From Thainema sp. (GTDB lineage Bacteria; Cyanobacteriota; Cyanobacteriia; Phormidesmidales; Phormidesmidaceae), in contig JBQLZK010000018.1 of NCBI GenBank assembly GCA_052168235.1, positions 1-64,000 on the forward strand: DNA of 64,000 nucleotides. Direction: 5' to 3'. The position numbers and the translations under genes are program-made. The notes under the pieces were generated by a model. The model ran no database searches and was not told where the DNA came from. It saw only the letters and a program-made list of their open reading frames with translations. Of the stretch, positions 29,135 through 39,687 are shown in pieces. Each line of letters starts with the position of its first letter. Within the stretch, counting starts at the first letter, position 1.

Positions 29135-30106
29135 ATGTCCTATCGATTTAAAAAGCAGGAAGCCGTTCCAATTGGTATTAAACGCATCGCTGACGAACAG
29201 ATTGAGTCGTCCATTCATCAGCTCACGCGCAGTATCAAAGCCAATCGAGATGAAGCCATTCACAGCGCTCGCAAACACTTCAAAAAACTGCGAGCACTCG
29301 TTCGATTACTGCGGGATGATGTTGGCCACGATGCCTACAAGCAAGAAAACGTCTGCTTCCGCGATGCGGGTCGCGAACTGTCTGACGTGCGTGATGCCCA
29401 AGTGCGCGTCGAAACCCTCGACGACCTGCTCGATCACTATCAGGACACGATCAAACCTAAGCAGTTTGATCAGATTCGCCAAGTTCTCGTCGATGCCTAC
29501 GAGACGGCCCGCAAATCCGCAGCGCCCAATAAAAAAGAAATTGCCGACATCGTGTCCGATCTAGAAGCCGCCCAAGCCCGGATTCAAGCCTGGGGCATCA
29601 ACGACGAATGGGCCGCGCTTCAGGGCGGACTGCACCGAGTTTATAAGCGAGGCTATCAAGACTTCTTCCAGGCGTGCGAACAGCCCACTTCCGAGAATTT
29701 ACACGAATGGCGCAAGCGGGTGAAATATCTCTGGTACCACCTGCGAATTCTGTCCCCGATGTGGCCCAAGCCGCTGAAGGTACTGAAAAAGCAGACCAAG
29801 AAACTGGCTGACCTACTGGGCGATGATCACGACCTTGCCGTGCTGCGGACATTTATTAGCGATGACCCAGAAGCGTTTGCCGATGACGATCAGCTCGGCG
29901 TCCTGCTGGCCCTGATTCAGCGGCGACAGATTGAACTACAGACCAAGGCTCGGTTCTTGGGTCAGCGGATCTACGCAGAAAAGCCCAAAGCATTTGTTAA
30001 ACGGATGGGCAGTTACTGGCAGGCACGGCAAACCGAGATGGCGCAGCCGCCCGTACCGATGTCTAAATCATCCGGTCGCAGCACATTTGAATTCACCAAT
30101 GTTTAA
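29135..30106 (+). CDS. CHAD-domain protein (polyphosphate-binding)
   Basis: IHSARKHFKKLRALVRL, RDAQV, LHEWRKRVKYLWY and LGDDHDLAVL motifs; ATG at 29135. Confidence 0.9.
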   Translation: MSYRFKKQEAVPIGIKRIADEQIESSIHQLTRSIKANRDEAIHSARKHFKKLRALVRLLRDDVGHDAYKQENVCFRDAGRELSDVRDAQVRVETLDDLLDHYQDTIKPKQFDQIRQVLVDAYETARKSAAPNKKEIADIVSDLEAAQARIQAWGINDEWAALQGGLHRVYKRGYQDFFQACEQPTSENLHEWRKRVKYLWYHLRILSPMWPKPLKVLKKQTKKLADLLGDDHDLAVLRTFISDDPEAFADDDQLGVLLALIQRRQIELQTKARFLGQRIYAEKPKAFVKRMGSYWQARQTEMAQPPVPMSKSSGRSTFEFTNV

Positions 30107-30133
30107 CGACTCTGTCAGTGGATGATGCCTATC

Positions 30134-31249
30134 CTACTTTTTGAGGGTCGGCTTTGGAATCAGTTGGGCCACAAGATCGGCAAGCTGTTCGGCGCTGTCG
30201 TTAATCGCCAACCGAGCGGCTGCCGCTTTCATAGCCTCTAAGCGCTCAGGCGATTCCAGCAGGCTAATCACCTTTTCTTGCAGGATATCTGCTGTCAGTT
30301 CCGACTGACGACACACTTGGGCCGCTCCTGCCGCTGCAAAGATAGCCGCATTGTAGGCTTGATGATCTTCCGCTGCAAAGGGATAGGGAATCAGAATAGA
30401 CGGCGTGTGGCTGATTGCCAGTTCCGTCAGCGTCCCCGCTCCGGCGCGACTCACCGCTAAATCCGCACGGCTCAGCAGTTCAGCCATGTGGTCATAGAAC
30501 GGCAGGGCAATGTACTGCGGATGACTGAGACTGTCGGCCTCCGGATCATTACTGCCCGTGAGATGAACAATCCAGGCTCCGGCCTTAAACCAAGCGGGGG
30601 CACATTCGCGCACCAAGTGATTCACCGCGACTGCCCCCTGACTGCCACCAATAACGACAATTAGCGGCACATCGTCTGGGATTTCTAAACTGGGCGGTGC
30701 AGACTTAGACGCGACCAGCCGAAGAAACTGCGATCGCACGGGCGTACCGACACAAATTGATTTTGCTTTGGGTAAGTATTGAGCAGCGGCTTCAAAGCCC
30801 AGCGCCACGCTGCTGCACATGGGGCTGAGCCAGCGGGTTACTTTTCCCGGCAGCGCATTGGACTCATGCAGAATAGTCGGCAGTCCCTGCATTTTCGCGG
30901 CAATAATAGCGGGTGCCGCAATATATCCCCCGGTCGTAAATACACCGTCAAACTGCCCCTGGTGCAGAATGTGGCGCACCTGCTGAATAGAACGCAGGAA
31001 GCGCAGGAAGGAACGAGCGGTACGTAAACCCAACCGCCCCTGTAATCCCTCTACCGCAATCGTGTGCAGGGGATACTGGTCTGGAACCAAAACCGTTTCC
31101 AGGCGGTCTGGTACTCCCAACCACTCAATTGAATACTGGGGGAGCCGTTCAGCGGTTGCGATCGCAGGAAACAGATGTCCTCCGGTGCCGCTTGCGGCAA
31201 TTAACAAACGGGGGGCAGACGTGCTCAATACTCCAGGTTCTCCAAACAC
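30134..31249 (-). CDS. murG: Undecaprenyldiphospho-muramoylpentapeptide beta-N-acetylglucosaminyltransferase
   Basis: SGTGGHLFP, TGGYIA, HESNALPG, GGSQGA, SRAGAGT and DHQAYNA motifs. Confidence 0.96.
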   Translation of the reverse strand: MFGEPGVLSTSAPRLLIAASGTGGHLFPAIATAERLPQYSIEWLGVPDRLETVLVPDQYPLHTIAVEGLQGRLGLRTARSFLRFLRSIQQVRHILHQGQFDGVFTTGGYIAAPAIIAAKMQGLPTILHESNALPGKVTRWLSPMCSSVALGFEAAAQYLPKAKSICVGTPVRSQFLRLVASKSAPPSLEIPDDVPLIVVIGGSQGAVAVNHLVRECAPAWFKAGAWIVHLTGSNDPEADSLSHPQYIALPFYDHMAELLSRADLAVSRAGAGTLTELAISHTPSILIPYPFAAEDHQAYNAAIFAAAGAAQVCRQSELTADILQEKVISLLESPERLEAMKAAAARLAINDSAEQLADLVAQLIPKPTLKK

Positions 31250-31260
31250 AAATTCGCTAA

Positions 31261-31364
31261 TAAGTAGGTTGCCATAAATAAACCCATCTAAAAACCGGGG
31301 GAACGCTCCGGAGGGTCGCTCCTCCGGTTTTTAAGATATGCATTTATTTATGTGCAGCTACTTA
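31261..31364. mobile_element. MITE-like element with 22-bp imperfect TIRs and internal hairpin
   Basis: TAAGTAGGTTGCCATAAATAAA ... TTTATTTATGTGCAGCTACTTA (18/22 match); internal AAAAACCGG...CCGGTTTTT. Confidence 0.65.
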
Positions 31365-31480
31365 TTCACAGATTAACTTATGATCTACCTGAGGACGTAC
31401 CCTGGCGACAAACGCTAAAGTAGTGTCAAGATTTCCAACTGTCCAACCCAACTGTCCAACCTATACGTCTAGCAACCAAT

Positions 31481-32401
31481 ATGCCGACTTTTGAACATCG
31501 TCAAATTGCTCATCGTGCCGTCATGCTGGCTTCCTCTCTGCTGATGGGAACAACACTGTGGTTGGGCAGCAGTGAGCTATCCGCTCAAGCCGCACCGCCA
31601 GAATCTGCTCCCGCTGAGTTGACCAGCATCCTCAGTGGCATTGATGCCGCCGCCAGCGAGCGAGACGTACAGGCCATCCTGGAATTCTACAGTCCCACGA
31701 TTGTCCACTCGGATGGACTGACGCGAGACGATTTGGAGCGGGCCATTACCCAGTTTTGGTTTGAATATCCAGAAGTCAGCTATCAAACCGAGCTGCAGTC
31801 TTGGCAGCAAGAGGGCAATGCCATCGTCGCCGACACCCAAACCACCATTACTGGCACCCGCGATGTCAACGGGCGCGCCGTCACGATTGAATCCGTAATC
31901 GAATCGCAGCAGCGCTATGAAGATGGTCAAATCGTGCGGCAAACGATTCTGTCAGAAGACAGCCGTGTCAAAACGGGCGTAAATCCCCCAGAAATCGCCG
32001 TGAATCTGCCAGAACAGGTTGGTCTGGGCCAGGAATTCAACTTTGATGTGATTGTAGAGGAACCTCTGGGCGATCGCTTACTGCTGGGCAGCGCGATGGA
32101 AGAGCAAATTACGCCAGAAGGCTATTTCAATTCCACTCCGCTGGAACTAGAAGCCTTGACCTCAGGCGGCCTCTTCAAAATCGGGGAAGCTCCCGCCACC
32201 TCCGATAATCGCTGGATCTCCGCAGTTCTGATTCGTGAAGACGGCATTATCTCCGTCAGCAGACGGCTCCAGGTAGGCACCCCCAGCGTTAGCCAAACCA
32301 ACGATGACAGCAGCGTTGAGGCCGTGACCGTCGAGTCGGCTGAACCCGCTGAATCGGCTGAGACACCTTCAACCACTCGCTTTGAAGAAGTGATTCGCTA
32401 A
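31481..32401 (+). CDS. Secreted NTF2-like (SnoaL-fold) protein
   Basis: Signal peptide (AQA), IDAAASERDVQAILEFYSP..HSDGLT, FDVIVEEPLGD and GGLFKIG. Confidence 0.75.
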   Translation: MPTFEHRQIAHRAVMLASSLLMGTTLWLGSSELSAQAAPPESAPAELTSILSGIDAAASERDVQAILEFYSPTIVHSDGLTRDDLERAITQFWFEYPEVSYQTELQSWQQEGNAIVADTQTTITGTRDVNGRAVTIESVIESQQRYEDGQIVRQTILSEDSRVKTGVNPPEIAVNLPEQVGLGQEFNFDVIVEEPLGDRLLLGSAMEEQITPEGYFNSTPLELEALTSGGLFKIGEAPATSDNRWISAVLIREDGIISVSRRLQVGTPSVSQTNDDSSVEAVTVESAEPAESAETPSTTRFEEVIR

Positions 32402-32414
32402 TATCCGTTTAATT

Positions 32415-32451
32415 CAACGAAAGAGGCACGCTTCGCGTGCCTCTTTCGTTG
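32415..32451. terminator. Bidirectional terminator-like hairpin
   Basis: CAACGAAAGAGGCACGC-ttc-GCGTGCCTCTTTCGTTG between convergent genes. Confidence 0.7.
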
Positions 32452-32463
32452 CTTGGGTTCAAC

Positions 32464-33558
32464 CTACTGCGCTAGCGGCAGCGAAAACCGAAACGTGCTG
32501 CCCTGTCCCAGCCGACTTTCCACTTGAATCTGTCCACCCTGAAGTTCAACCAGGCGGCGGCAGATGGCAAGGCCAATTCCCGTACCGCCTGAGTTGCGAT
32601 CGCGGGATCGATCGGCGCGCCAGAATCGCTCAAAGACGTGGGGCAAGTCATCTTCGGCAATTCCCTGGCCCGTATCTTCCACCGCAATCCACAACAGCTG
32701 CTCTTGCGTATAGGCAGTAATGACAATTTGTCCTTCTGATGTGTAGCGGATAGCGTTACCGACTAAATTCACCAAAATCTGTTCAACCCGTTCCGGATCG
32801 GCCAGCACCAGCGGTAATTGATCGGGCGCATCCAATGCAAGTGAGAGCTGATCGGGATCAAGGACTTGGGTAGAAAATCGCTCGATCATCGCCGCTAGCA
32901 GCGATCGAATATCAAATTGCTTAGTATTGATCGGCAGATAGCCAGCCTCTAGCTTGGACAAATCTTGCAGATCGTTGACCAACCGCCGCAGTCGGCGCGT
33001 TTCCCGCGCCAGCCGCAGATAAATATCGGCATCCGTCTCAATGGTGCCGTCGGCCAATCCTTCCAGATAACCTTCCACAATGGTGAGCGGCGTCCGCAGT
33101 TCGTGGGTTAAGTCACTGACCAATTCGCGGCGGCGCTGCTCAACGCCCTCTAGCTCGGCAGCCATCCGATTGAAGCTGTTGGCTAAGCGATTTAGCTCGG
33201 GAATTTCACTACCCGGCACCCGCTCATGCAAATCACCCGCTGCCAGTTTCTGCGTGCTTTGCTCAATCTGCAAGAGCGGCGTAATAATGCGGCGTGACAG
33301 CAGGTAGCTCAATCCGCCCGCCGTCGCACCACCGACCAAAACCGATACCAACATGCCCTCTGTCCAGGCGCGATTGAACTCCTGCACCAGCCGGGTTTGA
33401 CTTTGCCGCACGGTGAAGGGGCCAATGATTTGCTTGACGTTCACAATAAACAGACGGGGCGCGTAAATGCGGCCAATGGTGGCCAGCGCGATCATGCCCA
33501 CAGCCATGACGACCAAGTGAGAAAGCAAAAAGCGCGATCGCAGATTGAGTTTGCTCAT
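32464..33558 (-). CDS. HAMP-domain sensor histidine kinase
   Basis: Two TM segments, HAMP domain, LTHELRTPL H-box, NLVGNAIRY, DTGQGI and GGTGIGLAI. Confidence 0.93.
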   Translation of the reverse strand: MSKLNLRSRFLLSHLVVMAVGMIALATIGRIYAPRLFIVNVKQIIGPFTVRQSQTRLVQEFNRAWTEGMLVSVLVGGATAGGLSYLLSRRIITPLLQIEQSTQKLAAGDLHERVPGSEIPELNRLANSFNRMAAELEGVEQRRRELVSDLTHELRTPLTIVEGYLEGLADGTIETDADIYLRLARETRRLRRLVNDLQDLSKLEAGYLPINTKQFDIRSLLAAMIERFSTQVLDPDQLSLALDAPDQLPLVLADPERVEQILVNLVGNAIRYTSEGQIVITAYTQEQLLWIAVEDTGQGIAEDDLPHVFERFWRADRSRDRNSGGTGIGLAICRRLVELQGGQIQVESRLGQGSTFRFSLPLAQ

Positions 33559-34280
33559 GCCGCCTCATCGGGTTCATCTTCAAACTTATAGCCGACACCA
33601 ATCACCGTTTTAATAAACATGGGATTGCTGGGATCAGGCTCAATTTTTTTACGCAGCCGCGCCACATGCGTATCCACCACCCGCTCATCGCCAAAGAAAT
33701 CGCCGCCCCACAGCTTATCGATCAGTTGCGATCGGTTCCAGACGCGGCTGGGATAGCTGAGAAAGGTTGCGAGTAGATTAAACTCTAGCGCCGTCAAATC
33801 CAGTTGCTCCGCCTTACCATCCATCTGCCGCTGAGCCACCCGCTGCTCCACATCGACGCTAAAGTGCGGTGTTTGGTAAGTAAACTGCTGCTCACCACCA
33901 CCGCCACCCTGACGCAGCGATCGCCGCAGGAGTGCCCGCACTCGCGCCACTAGCTCGCGAGGACTAAAGGGCTTGACGACATAATCATCTGCTCCGGTGG
34001 ACAGGCCAATAATTCGGTCAATTTCCTCTCCCTTAGCCGTCAGCATCATGATGTAGGGATCTTTGCTGCCGGGCTGCTGCCGAATCCGAGCGCAAACCTC
34101 AAGACCGTCGAGCGTCGGAATCATCAAGTCTAAGATGATTAGATCCGGTTGCCACTCTGTAAAAACACGAACCGCCTCTGCACCATCGCGACAGATCTGA
34201 CAGTTGAATCCTTCTTTTTCGAGATAAAGCTTGATCAACTGAGCGATTTCGGCTTCGTCTTCTACGATCAGGATGTTCAT
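33555..34280 (-). CDS. OmpR/PhoB-family response regulator
   Basis: ILIVEDE, DLIILDLMIP, GADDYVVKPF, VVDTHVARLRKK and TVIGVGYKF; overlaps the kinase start by 4 bp. Confidence 0.94.
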   Translation of the reverse strand: MNILIVEDEAEIAQLIKLYLEKEGFNCQICRDGAEAVRVFTEWQPDLIILDLMIPTLDGLEVCARIRQQPGSKDPYIMMLTAKGEEIDRIIGLSTGADDYVVKPFSPRELVARVRALLRRSLRQGGGGGEQQFTYQTPHFSVDVEQRVAQRQMDGKAEQLDLTALEFNLLATFLSYPSRVWNRSQLIDKLWGGDFFGDERVVDTHVARLRKKIEPDPSNPMFIKTVIGVGYKFEDEPDEAA

Positions 34281-34543
34281 AGGAGAGGGATGTAAAGGCG
34301 GTAAAGGGCTGTAGAAGGAGTTAGAGGCTATGAAGGGAGTTAAGGGAATGGGGGAGAAAGAGGGCAAGGGAGCTTTGTGGGGTGCTGGCTATATAACCCT
34401 ATGGCTACGCTAAAGCGAAGCGTAGCGCACTATTTAGGGTCTTGTTTTTGGGGCAAAATCAGGTGTGAACATCCAGAAAATTCAACTGCGATACGTCCTA
34501 AGGTGACATCCGTTTCCAGTGTAGCGAGTTCTCATGGAACGGC

Positions 34544-35908
34544 TTATCTGGCAGAGGGTTGGGTGAACATGCGACCGGGGCTGAGGCGCTGATCGGGGTC
34601 GAACTGGTGGCTGATGCCCTGCATAAGCGAGAGAGCATTGCCAGTGTAGCCCCAGATGTCGATGGCAGACTTGATACTGGGTGGAGCTTCCAAAATCGTG
34701 AGATAGCCGCTGGCCGATTCGCAGTGCGATCGCACATTCTTCAGCAGTTCAATCATGGACTTTTCAGTATCGGCAGACATCGCAAACCGTAGCGTGCCGA
34801 TGCCGCTGCTGGCGTGGATGCGGCCCCAGTAGGGTTGCTCAGTCCAGGTGTCTAGCTGCTGGAGGAGCGACATGATGGCGGATGGCAGTAGGCCAATTTT
34901 GCATGTGCAGTGATCGGTCAGATCAGGATCTGTGGGCCATATCTGAGCTTGAATACCGTCCCACAAATCCGTTTCGGCCTCATCAGTAATCAAATGAGTC
35001 TTGATGCTCATTTCGCTGCTCAGCTTCAAAATGCGATCGCACTGTTCAGTAATACTTTCGGGAATGCTCTGGAAGCGAATTGCCAGTCCTGGATTGTCAT
35101 CTAAATCCAACGATTGCATAAACTGCGTTGACAACCAGTCGAACATCGTAGGAGTCAGTACCGAAGCTCGAATTTCGGATGCAGCTTGGGCGAGCGCATC
35201 TAGTTTCCCCGCCAGCACCACCGTCGCTGAATCGTCTAGCCAGGGATAGGTGCGAAACGTCAACTCGCTCAGGATGCCCAACGTACCGTAGGAACCCGTC
35301 ATCAGCTTCATCAGGTCGTAGCCAGCAACATTTTTGACAACCTTACCGCCAGCTTTGGCAGTCTGGCCGTCGTATCGCACCAGAGAAATCCCAATCAGCA
35401 GATCCCGCACGCCGCCGTAGCGCTGCCGCCAGGAGCCCGCATCGGCTGTAGCAACAATACCGCCGACGGTAGCCTGCTCTGGATAGGCTGGATCAAGGGG
35501 CAGAAACTGATTGGCCTGTCGCAATGTGTTCTGCAATGCTGCAAAGGGGACACCTGCCTGTACCGTAACGGTTAGATCACCCACAGCGTGCTGCACGATT
35601 TGATTCAGACGTTCGGTGCTGATCACTACATCAACTGCCCGAACTTGACCACCCCACGTGAGCTTACTGCCGTGTCCACAGGCCATCACTCGCCAGTTTT
35701 CGCTGTGAGCACAGCGCATCACTTCGACCAGGCTGTCAATATCGGCTGGAAAGACGAGACAAGAAGGTTGAGCAGATTCGGTGGAACGTCCGTTCGGCTT
35801 TGCCGTCTCGTAGAGAATCGCTGTTTGCCAGCGTGAAGTCTGCTGCTCGGCGGTTTGTACAGCTTCTGCACCAACGATAGATTCTAAAACTGAAGCGATA
35901 TCGCTCAT
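34544..35908 (-). CDS. glcE: FAD-binding oxidoreductase, glycolate oxidase GlcE-like
   Basis: DLTVTVQAG, ATVGGIVAT, GGKVVKNVAGYDLMKL..GSYGTLG and FDPDQRLSPGR. Confidence 0.82.
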   Translation of the reverse strand: MSDIASVLESIVGAEAVQTAEQQTSRWQTAILYETAKPNGRSTESAQPSCLVFPADIDSLVEVMRCAHSENWRVMACGHGSKLTWGGQVRAVDVVISTERLNQIVQHAVGDLTVTVQAGVPFAALQNTLRQANQFLPLDPAYPEQATVGGIVATADAGSWRQRYGGVRDLLIGISLVRYDGQTAKAGGKVVKNVAGYDLMKLMTGSYGTLGILSELTFRTYPWLDDSATVVLAGKLDALAQAASEIRASVLTPTMFDWLSTQFMQSLDLDDNPGLAIRFQSIPESITEQCDRILKLSSEMSIKTHLITDEAETDLWDGIQAQIWPTDPDLTDHCTCKIGLLPSAIMSLLQQLDTWTEQPYWGRIHASSGIGTLRFAMSADTEKSMIELLKNVRSHCESASGYLTILEAPPSIKSAIDIWGYTGNALSLMQGISHQFDPDQRLSPGRMFTQPSAR

Positions 35909-35941
35909 TATGACTGAAATACCATTACCCACGCATTTCAT

Positions 35942-36031
35942 TAGACTTTATCGGAAATTGTTTTGTAGCGCGGCTGAGCCGCGCTACAAAACAATTTCCA
36001 ACCCCAAAAACTTTATTTCCAATAAAGTCTA
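35942..36031. mobile_element. MITE-like element with 17-bp TIRs and central perfect hairpin
   Basis: TAGACTTTATCGGAAAT ... ATTTCCAATAAAGTCTA (16/17 match); 23-bp perfect inverted repeat at 35953-35999. Confidence 0.65.
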
Positions 36032-36151
36032 GTGTATAGCAGGAGCGAATGGGGGTGAAAGCCGTATCATATCCGCCGCTGGATACTATCAGTCTAGGTT
36101 GCCACAGTGATACTATCGCGGCATTTATTTGGGTAGAGAAAAGCTTTCACT

Positions 36152-36886
36152 ATGGCGCGATGGGTAACTGGAACAGCGATTCGGCACGTTTGGTATCAAT
36201 TTTGGCAGGATGCCCGCCAATTACCCTCATCAGCCTGGAGACGCTGGGGCAAGACGCTGGCGATCAGTCTCGGCATTTGCGCCATTTGGACATTTTGCGT
36301 CATGGCCTACGCTAAGTCCGTGCAGGATCAGTGGCTGCAAGCTTGGGATACCCAGATGCTGCCTGTCATCGTCGAGCAGCTACCGCTCAGTTTCGCGCAG
36401 GGCATTACCTGGGAATCCTTTGGCAATCTGATGGTGATGTTGCCGACGGTGACAGTATTTACTGTCATCATGGTGCTGCGATCGCAACCCATCCTAGCGG
36501 CCAGTATGGTGGCTGCCTACGGTCTGCAGTTTGCCCTCGTGTGGATTAGCTGGGGTCTGTGGAGCCGCGACCGTCCTGACCTGATTGCTGATGGCATCGC
36601 GGCACCGGGCTTACACGCATTTCCCTCCGGACACGCCACGGTGATCACCGTCGTTTATGGGCTGATGGTCTATCTCTGGCTGCGGGTCTCCCATAGCTGG
36701 GTAGAACGATGCGTAATTATTGCGATCGCAGTTTTATTCGTTGGTTTAGTCAGTGGGGCTCGCTTAGCGCTCGGTGCCCACTGGCCAAGCGATGTCCTGG
36801 CTGGCTGGCTGATTGGTATCCCCTGGCTTCTCGGCGTGATTGCGGCCACTGTACGTGCAGAATCTGCAATTAAAAAAACTTTTTGA
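36152..36886 (+). CDS. PAP2-family membrane phosphatase
   Basis: RDRP, FPSGHA and RLALGAHWPSDVLAG motifs; multiple TM segments. Confidence 0.9.
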   Translation: MARWVTGTAIRHVWYQFWQDARQLPSSAWRRWGKTLAISLGICAIWTFCVMAYAKSVQDQWLQAWDTQMLPVIVEQLPLSFAQGITWESFGNLMVMLPTVTVFTVIMVLRSQPILAASMVAAYGLQFALVWISWGLWSRDRPDLIADGIAAPGLHAFPSGHATVITVVYGLMVYLWLRVSHSWVERCVIIAIAVLFVGLVSGARLALGAHWPSDVLAGWLIGIPWLLGVIAATVRAESAIKKTF

Positions 36887-37030
36887 TTTCGGTGCCGAGA
36901 GAACCTAGGCGGCTCCGACTACTCCTGTTGCCTTCGTAGGAAAACTCAAATTTTCCAGTAGAATGCCATAACGACAATTCCCAGTTCGTTAACTGGTAGT
37001 TCACCGATCAAGCCCGCCTATAAGAATCCG

Positions 37031-37081
37031 ATTTATTTTGGGTGAAAGGCTGGCTAAGCCAGCCTTTCACCCAAAATAAAT
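37031..37081. repeat. 25-bp perfect inverted repeat
   Basis: ATTTATTTTGGGTGAAAGGCTGGCT-a-AGCCAGCCTTTCACCCAAAATAAAT. Confidence 0.8.
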
Positions 37082-37152
37082 CATGGGTTTTCAAGCAGAC
37101 TTTAATATCATTCACACCACCCAATCTAGTTGAGCGATAACGTGCAAACACT

Positions 37153-37752
37153 GTGATTTCTTTGACAGACCTAATTTGGGCGCTCGTGGGCCTCTTTCTC
37201 ACAATTGGCGGAACGCTGATTGAGGCATTCACGACCAGTGTGCCTTGGCAATGGGGAGAAACAGGCGTAGAGTTTCAATCCCTCGGCGTCAGCTTCCAGA
37301 TTGGAGCCGTCCTGTTAGTTGGCTGCCTGGGTGGCAAAAATGCTGCGGCTATGTCCCAAATTGCCTATCTGGCCCTTGGGATTGTTTGGTTTGACATCTT
37401 CCAATTTCAAATTTTTGATCAGGGCGGCGGCTTAAGCTATATTCAGCAGCCCACCTTTGGCTATTTACTCGGCTTCATTCCAGGCGCATGGATCTGTGGT
37501 TATTTTGCCTTTCAGGAGCGCCCCAAGCTGGAAATTCTAGGTTTCAGCTGCCTGATGGGACTACTCGCCATTCATGCTGTTGGGCTGGTGTATCTTAGTG
37601 CAGCCTACTTGATTGGCTGGGTTGATACATCCCTACTCTCCTATGGACAAGCAATTTGGGCCTATTCGATCTATCGCATACCTGGTCATTTAGTGATGGC
37701 CTGTATCATTACTGTCCTATCCTTTTCATTGCGCCGATTAATGTTTTATTGA
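37153..37752 (+). CDS. bioY: Biotin transporter BioY
   Basis: SFQIGAVLLVGCLGG and GGGLSY...PTFGYLLGF motifs; adjacent to lspA as is usual in cyanobacteria. Confidence 0.88.
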   Translation: MISLTDLIWALVGLFLTIGGTLIEAFTTSVPWQWGETGVEFQSLGVSFQIGAVLLVGCLGGKNAAAMSQIAYLALGIVWFDIFQFQIFDQGGGLSYIQQPTFGYLLGFIPGAWICGYFAFQERPKLEILGFSCLMGLLAIHAVGLVYLSAAYLIGWVDTSLLSYGQAIWAYSIYRIPGHLVMACIITVLSFSLRRLMFY

Positions 37753-37808
37753 AGCCTGAAATTCAGGAATCCTGTCATAATCATTGGGGTGACGTACCAA
37801 AACGCTGT

Positions 37809-38303
37809 ATGACTATTCGCAACCGCCTATTTTGGCTCATTGCTTTTCTGGCCCTTATTATTGATCAGCTCACAAAATGGTGGGTTGTTAGTAACTTTAA
37901 TCTCACTACACCGCCTGAGAGTCTGCCGATCATTCCCGGTGTGTTTCACTTTACTTATGTCACCAATTCCGGCGCAGCGTTCAGCTTGTTCAGCGAAAAT
38001 GGTGCATGGTTGCGCTGGCTGTCACTTGCGGTCAGCTTCGGGTTGATGGCCTTAGCTTGGTTTGGGCCAGTGCAAAATAAGTGGGAGCAGTTCGGTTACG
38101 GCTGCATTTTGGGCGGTGCGCTAGGTAATGGTATTGATCGCTTTGCCGCCGGGGAAGTCGTTGATTTCTTGGATTTTCGGCTGATCCGCTTTCCGGTGTT
38201 TAATATGGCCGATGTCTTTATCAATATTGGGATTATTTGCTTACTGATTGCGGCATTTCGTCATCCTGATGGGAACCAGCCCAAAGAAAACTCCAACAGT
38301 TAG
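37809..38303 (+). CDS. lspA: Lipoprotein signal peptidase II
   Basis: DQLTK, NSGAAFS, GALGNGIDR, VVDF and FNMAD motifs. Confidence 0.96.
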   Translation: MTIRNRLFWLIAFLALIIDQLTKWWVVSNFNLTTPPESLPIIPGVFHFTYVTNSGAAFSLFSENGAWLRWLSLAVSFGLMALAWFGPVQNKWEQFGYGCILGGALGNGIDRFAAGEVVDFLDFRLIRFPVFNMADVFINIGIICLLIAAFRHPDGNQPKENSNS

Positions 38304-38405
38304 CGATCCTGGACTAGCTACACCGCTATATTTAGCGGTTTTTTAGATCTAAAACCGCTACTGCTTGTTAAAGTAGAGGCTTGACGGATTCCAGCAGGTA
38401 TTACT

Positions 38406-39086
38406 GTGACTGAGCAGCGCTCCCTCTTTTCTGTAGCGGAAGAACGCCAACTCTACAGCTATCGCTGTACGGACGTTCAAATCAGTCCCAAAATGCTGCA
38501 GGACTGGAAGCAGCGAGTCTATCGATTTCAGCAGAATGTGCTGGCTGAGCAGCAAGTTCCCTGCCAAGGCTCACTGTTTACTGCGGCTGAGGCGGCTGGG
38601 ACGTATGCAGTAGATGCAGTAGATGCGGTAGATGCGATCGCAACTCCCAATTCAACTTCTGATTCAAGTTCAGACTTAACTTCAGATCCAATTCCAAGTA
38701 CTGATCTAGATCAGATCGACCCGTTTACGCTCCGGCAGCAAAATACTGAGTTTTGGCGCTGGAAGTTTGACGATGTTGGTGTGGCCGCACTTTATTTTGT
38801 GATCGACTACGAAGTGCCAATTCTGCTGTATGTGGGCGAAACGGTTAAGTCGAATCAGCGCTGGAAAGGCGAACATGACTGCAAGCGCTACTTGGTCAAC
38901 TATCGTCAAACTCACTATCAGTTAGAAATTCCTACAGCGCTAAGTATCGGCTTCTGGCCCCATGCTCCGGCTGAGCGCAAACCGCGCCAGCAGCTCGAAT
39001 CGGCACTCATCAAAAAATGGCGCAGTCCATTCAATAAAGAAAACTGGACATTTTGGGGCACTCCCTTTGTCGGCGGCAAAGCGTGA
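38406..39086 (+). CDS. GIY-YIG nuclease family protein
   Basis: ALYFVID..ILLYVGET..SNQRWKGEHDCKRY and E..LI.KWRSPFNKE. Confidence 0.8.
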   Translation: MTEQRSLFSVAEERQLYSYRCTDVQISPKMLQDWKQRVYRFQQNVLAEQQVPCQGSLFTAAEAAGTYAVDAVDAVDAIATPNSTSDSSSDLTSDPIPSTDLDQIDPFTLRQQNTEFWRWKFDDVGVAALYFVIDYEVPILLYVGETVKSNQRWKGEHDCKRYLVNYRQTHYQLEIPTALSIGFWPHAPAERKPRQQLESALIKKWRSPFNKENWTFWGTPFVGGKA

Positions 39087-39174
39087 ATGTCTGCAATCAC
39101 CACACAATTAATCACATCGTCGCTCACTAAATTAGTGAAGTCCAGTTAAAACCCGATGATTTATAGTGATTCCA

Positions 39175-39687
39175 CTAATTTGTCACGATTACAGGTGTAC
39201 CGACTGAAGCCCAGTTGAACAGCCATTCCGCATGGTCAACGGCGACATTAGTGCAGCCGTGGCTGATGGGTGTACCAAAGCGGTGATGCCAGTATGCGCC
39301 GTGAATCCCATAGTTGCCGGAATAGTACATCGTAAATGGCACGTCGGGAATATCATAATCGGCACCCTGCATCCGCGCGGTGCGATGCTTCGACTGAATT
39401 GCAAATACGCCAGTTGGTGTCGGGGTGGATGGCTTACCCGTTGAAACAATAACGGCATAGATGGGTGTGTTGCCTTCCCAAGCAATTAGGCGTTGGCGGG
39501 TTGTGTCAATTTGAATCCAGCGCTGCTGACTTTGCTGGAGTTCATTCATCCGAGTTGCGATCGCAGTTGTCTGAGCCGCAGCAGGTAATGTCACTGGCGG
39601 TAGCGACACCAGATTGACTGCTCCCGCCATTAGCAAAGCACTGCCGATCTGCACTATTCGATGTAGAGATCGATATCGATAAAGCAT
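39175..39687 (-). CDS. L,D-transpeptidase (YkuD family)
   Basis: VSTGKPSTPTPTG, IHGAYW, SHGCTN and GTPVIV motifs; signal peptide. Confidence 0.92.
   Translation of the reverse strand: MLYRYRSLHRIVQIGSALLMAGAVNLVSLPPVTLPAAAQTTAIATRMNELQQSQQRWIQIDTTRQRLIAWEGNTPIYAVIVSTGKPSTPTPTGVFAIQSKHRTARMQGADYDIPDVPFTMYYSGNYGIHGAYWHHRFGTPISHGCTNVAVDHAEWLFNWASVGTPVIVTN

Noticed and set aside
34281..34367. Pro-rich N-terminal extension of the response regulator
   Set aside because: It derives from a purine/pyrimidine-skewed simple-repeat tract; the receiver domain starts cleanly at ATG 34280.
38406..39086. GIY-YIG gene as a mobile homing endonuclease
   Set aside because: No intron or intein context or mobility signs; it looks like the ordinary stand-alone cyanobacterial family.
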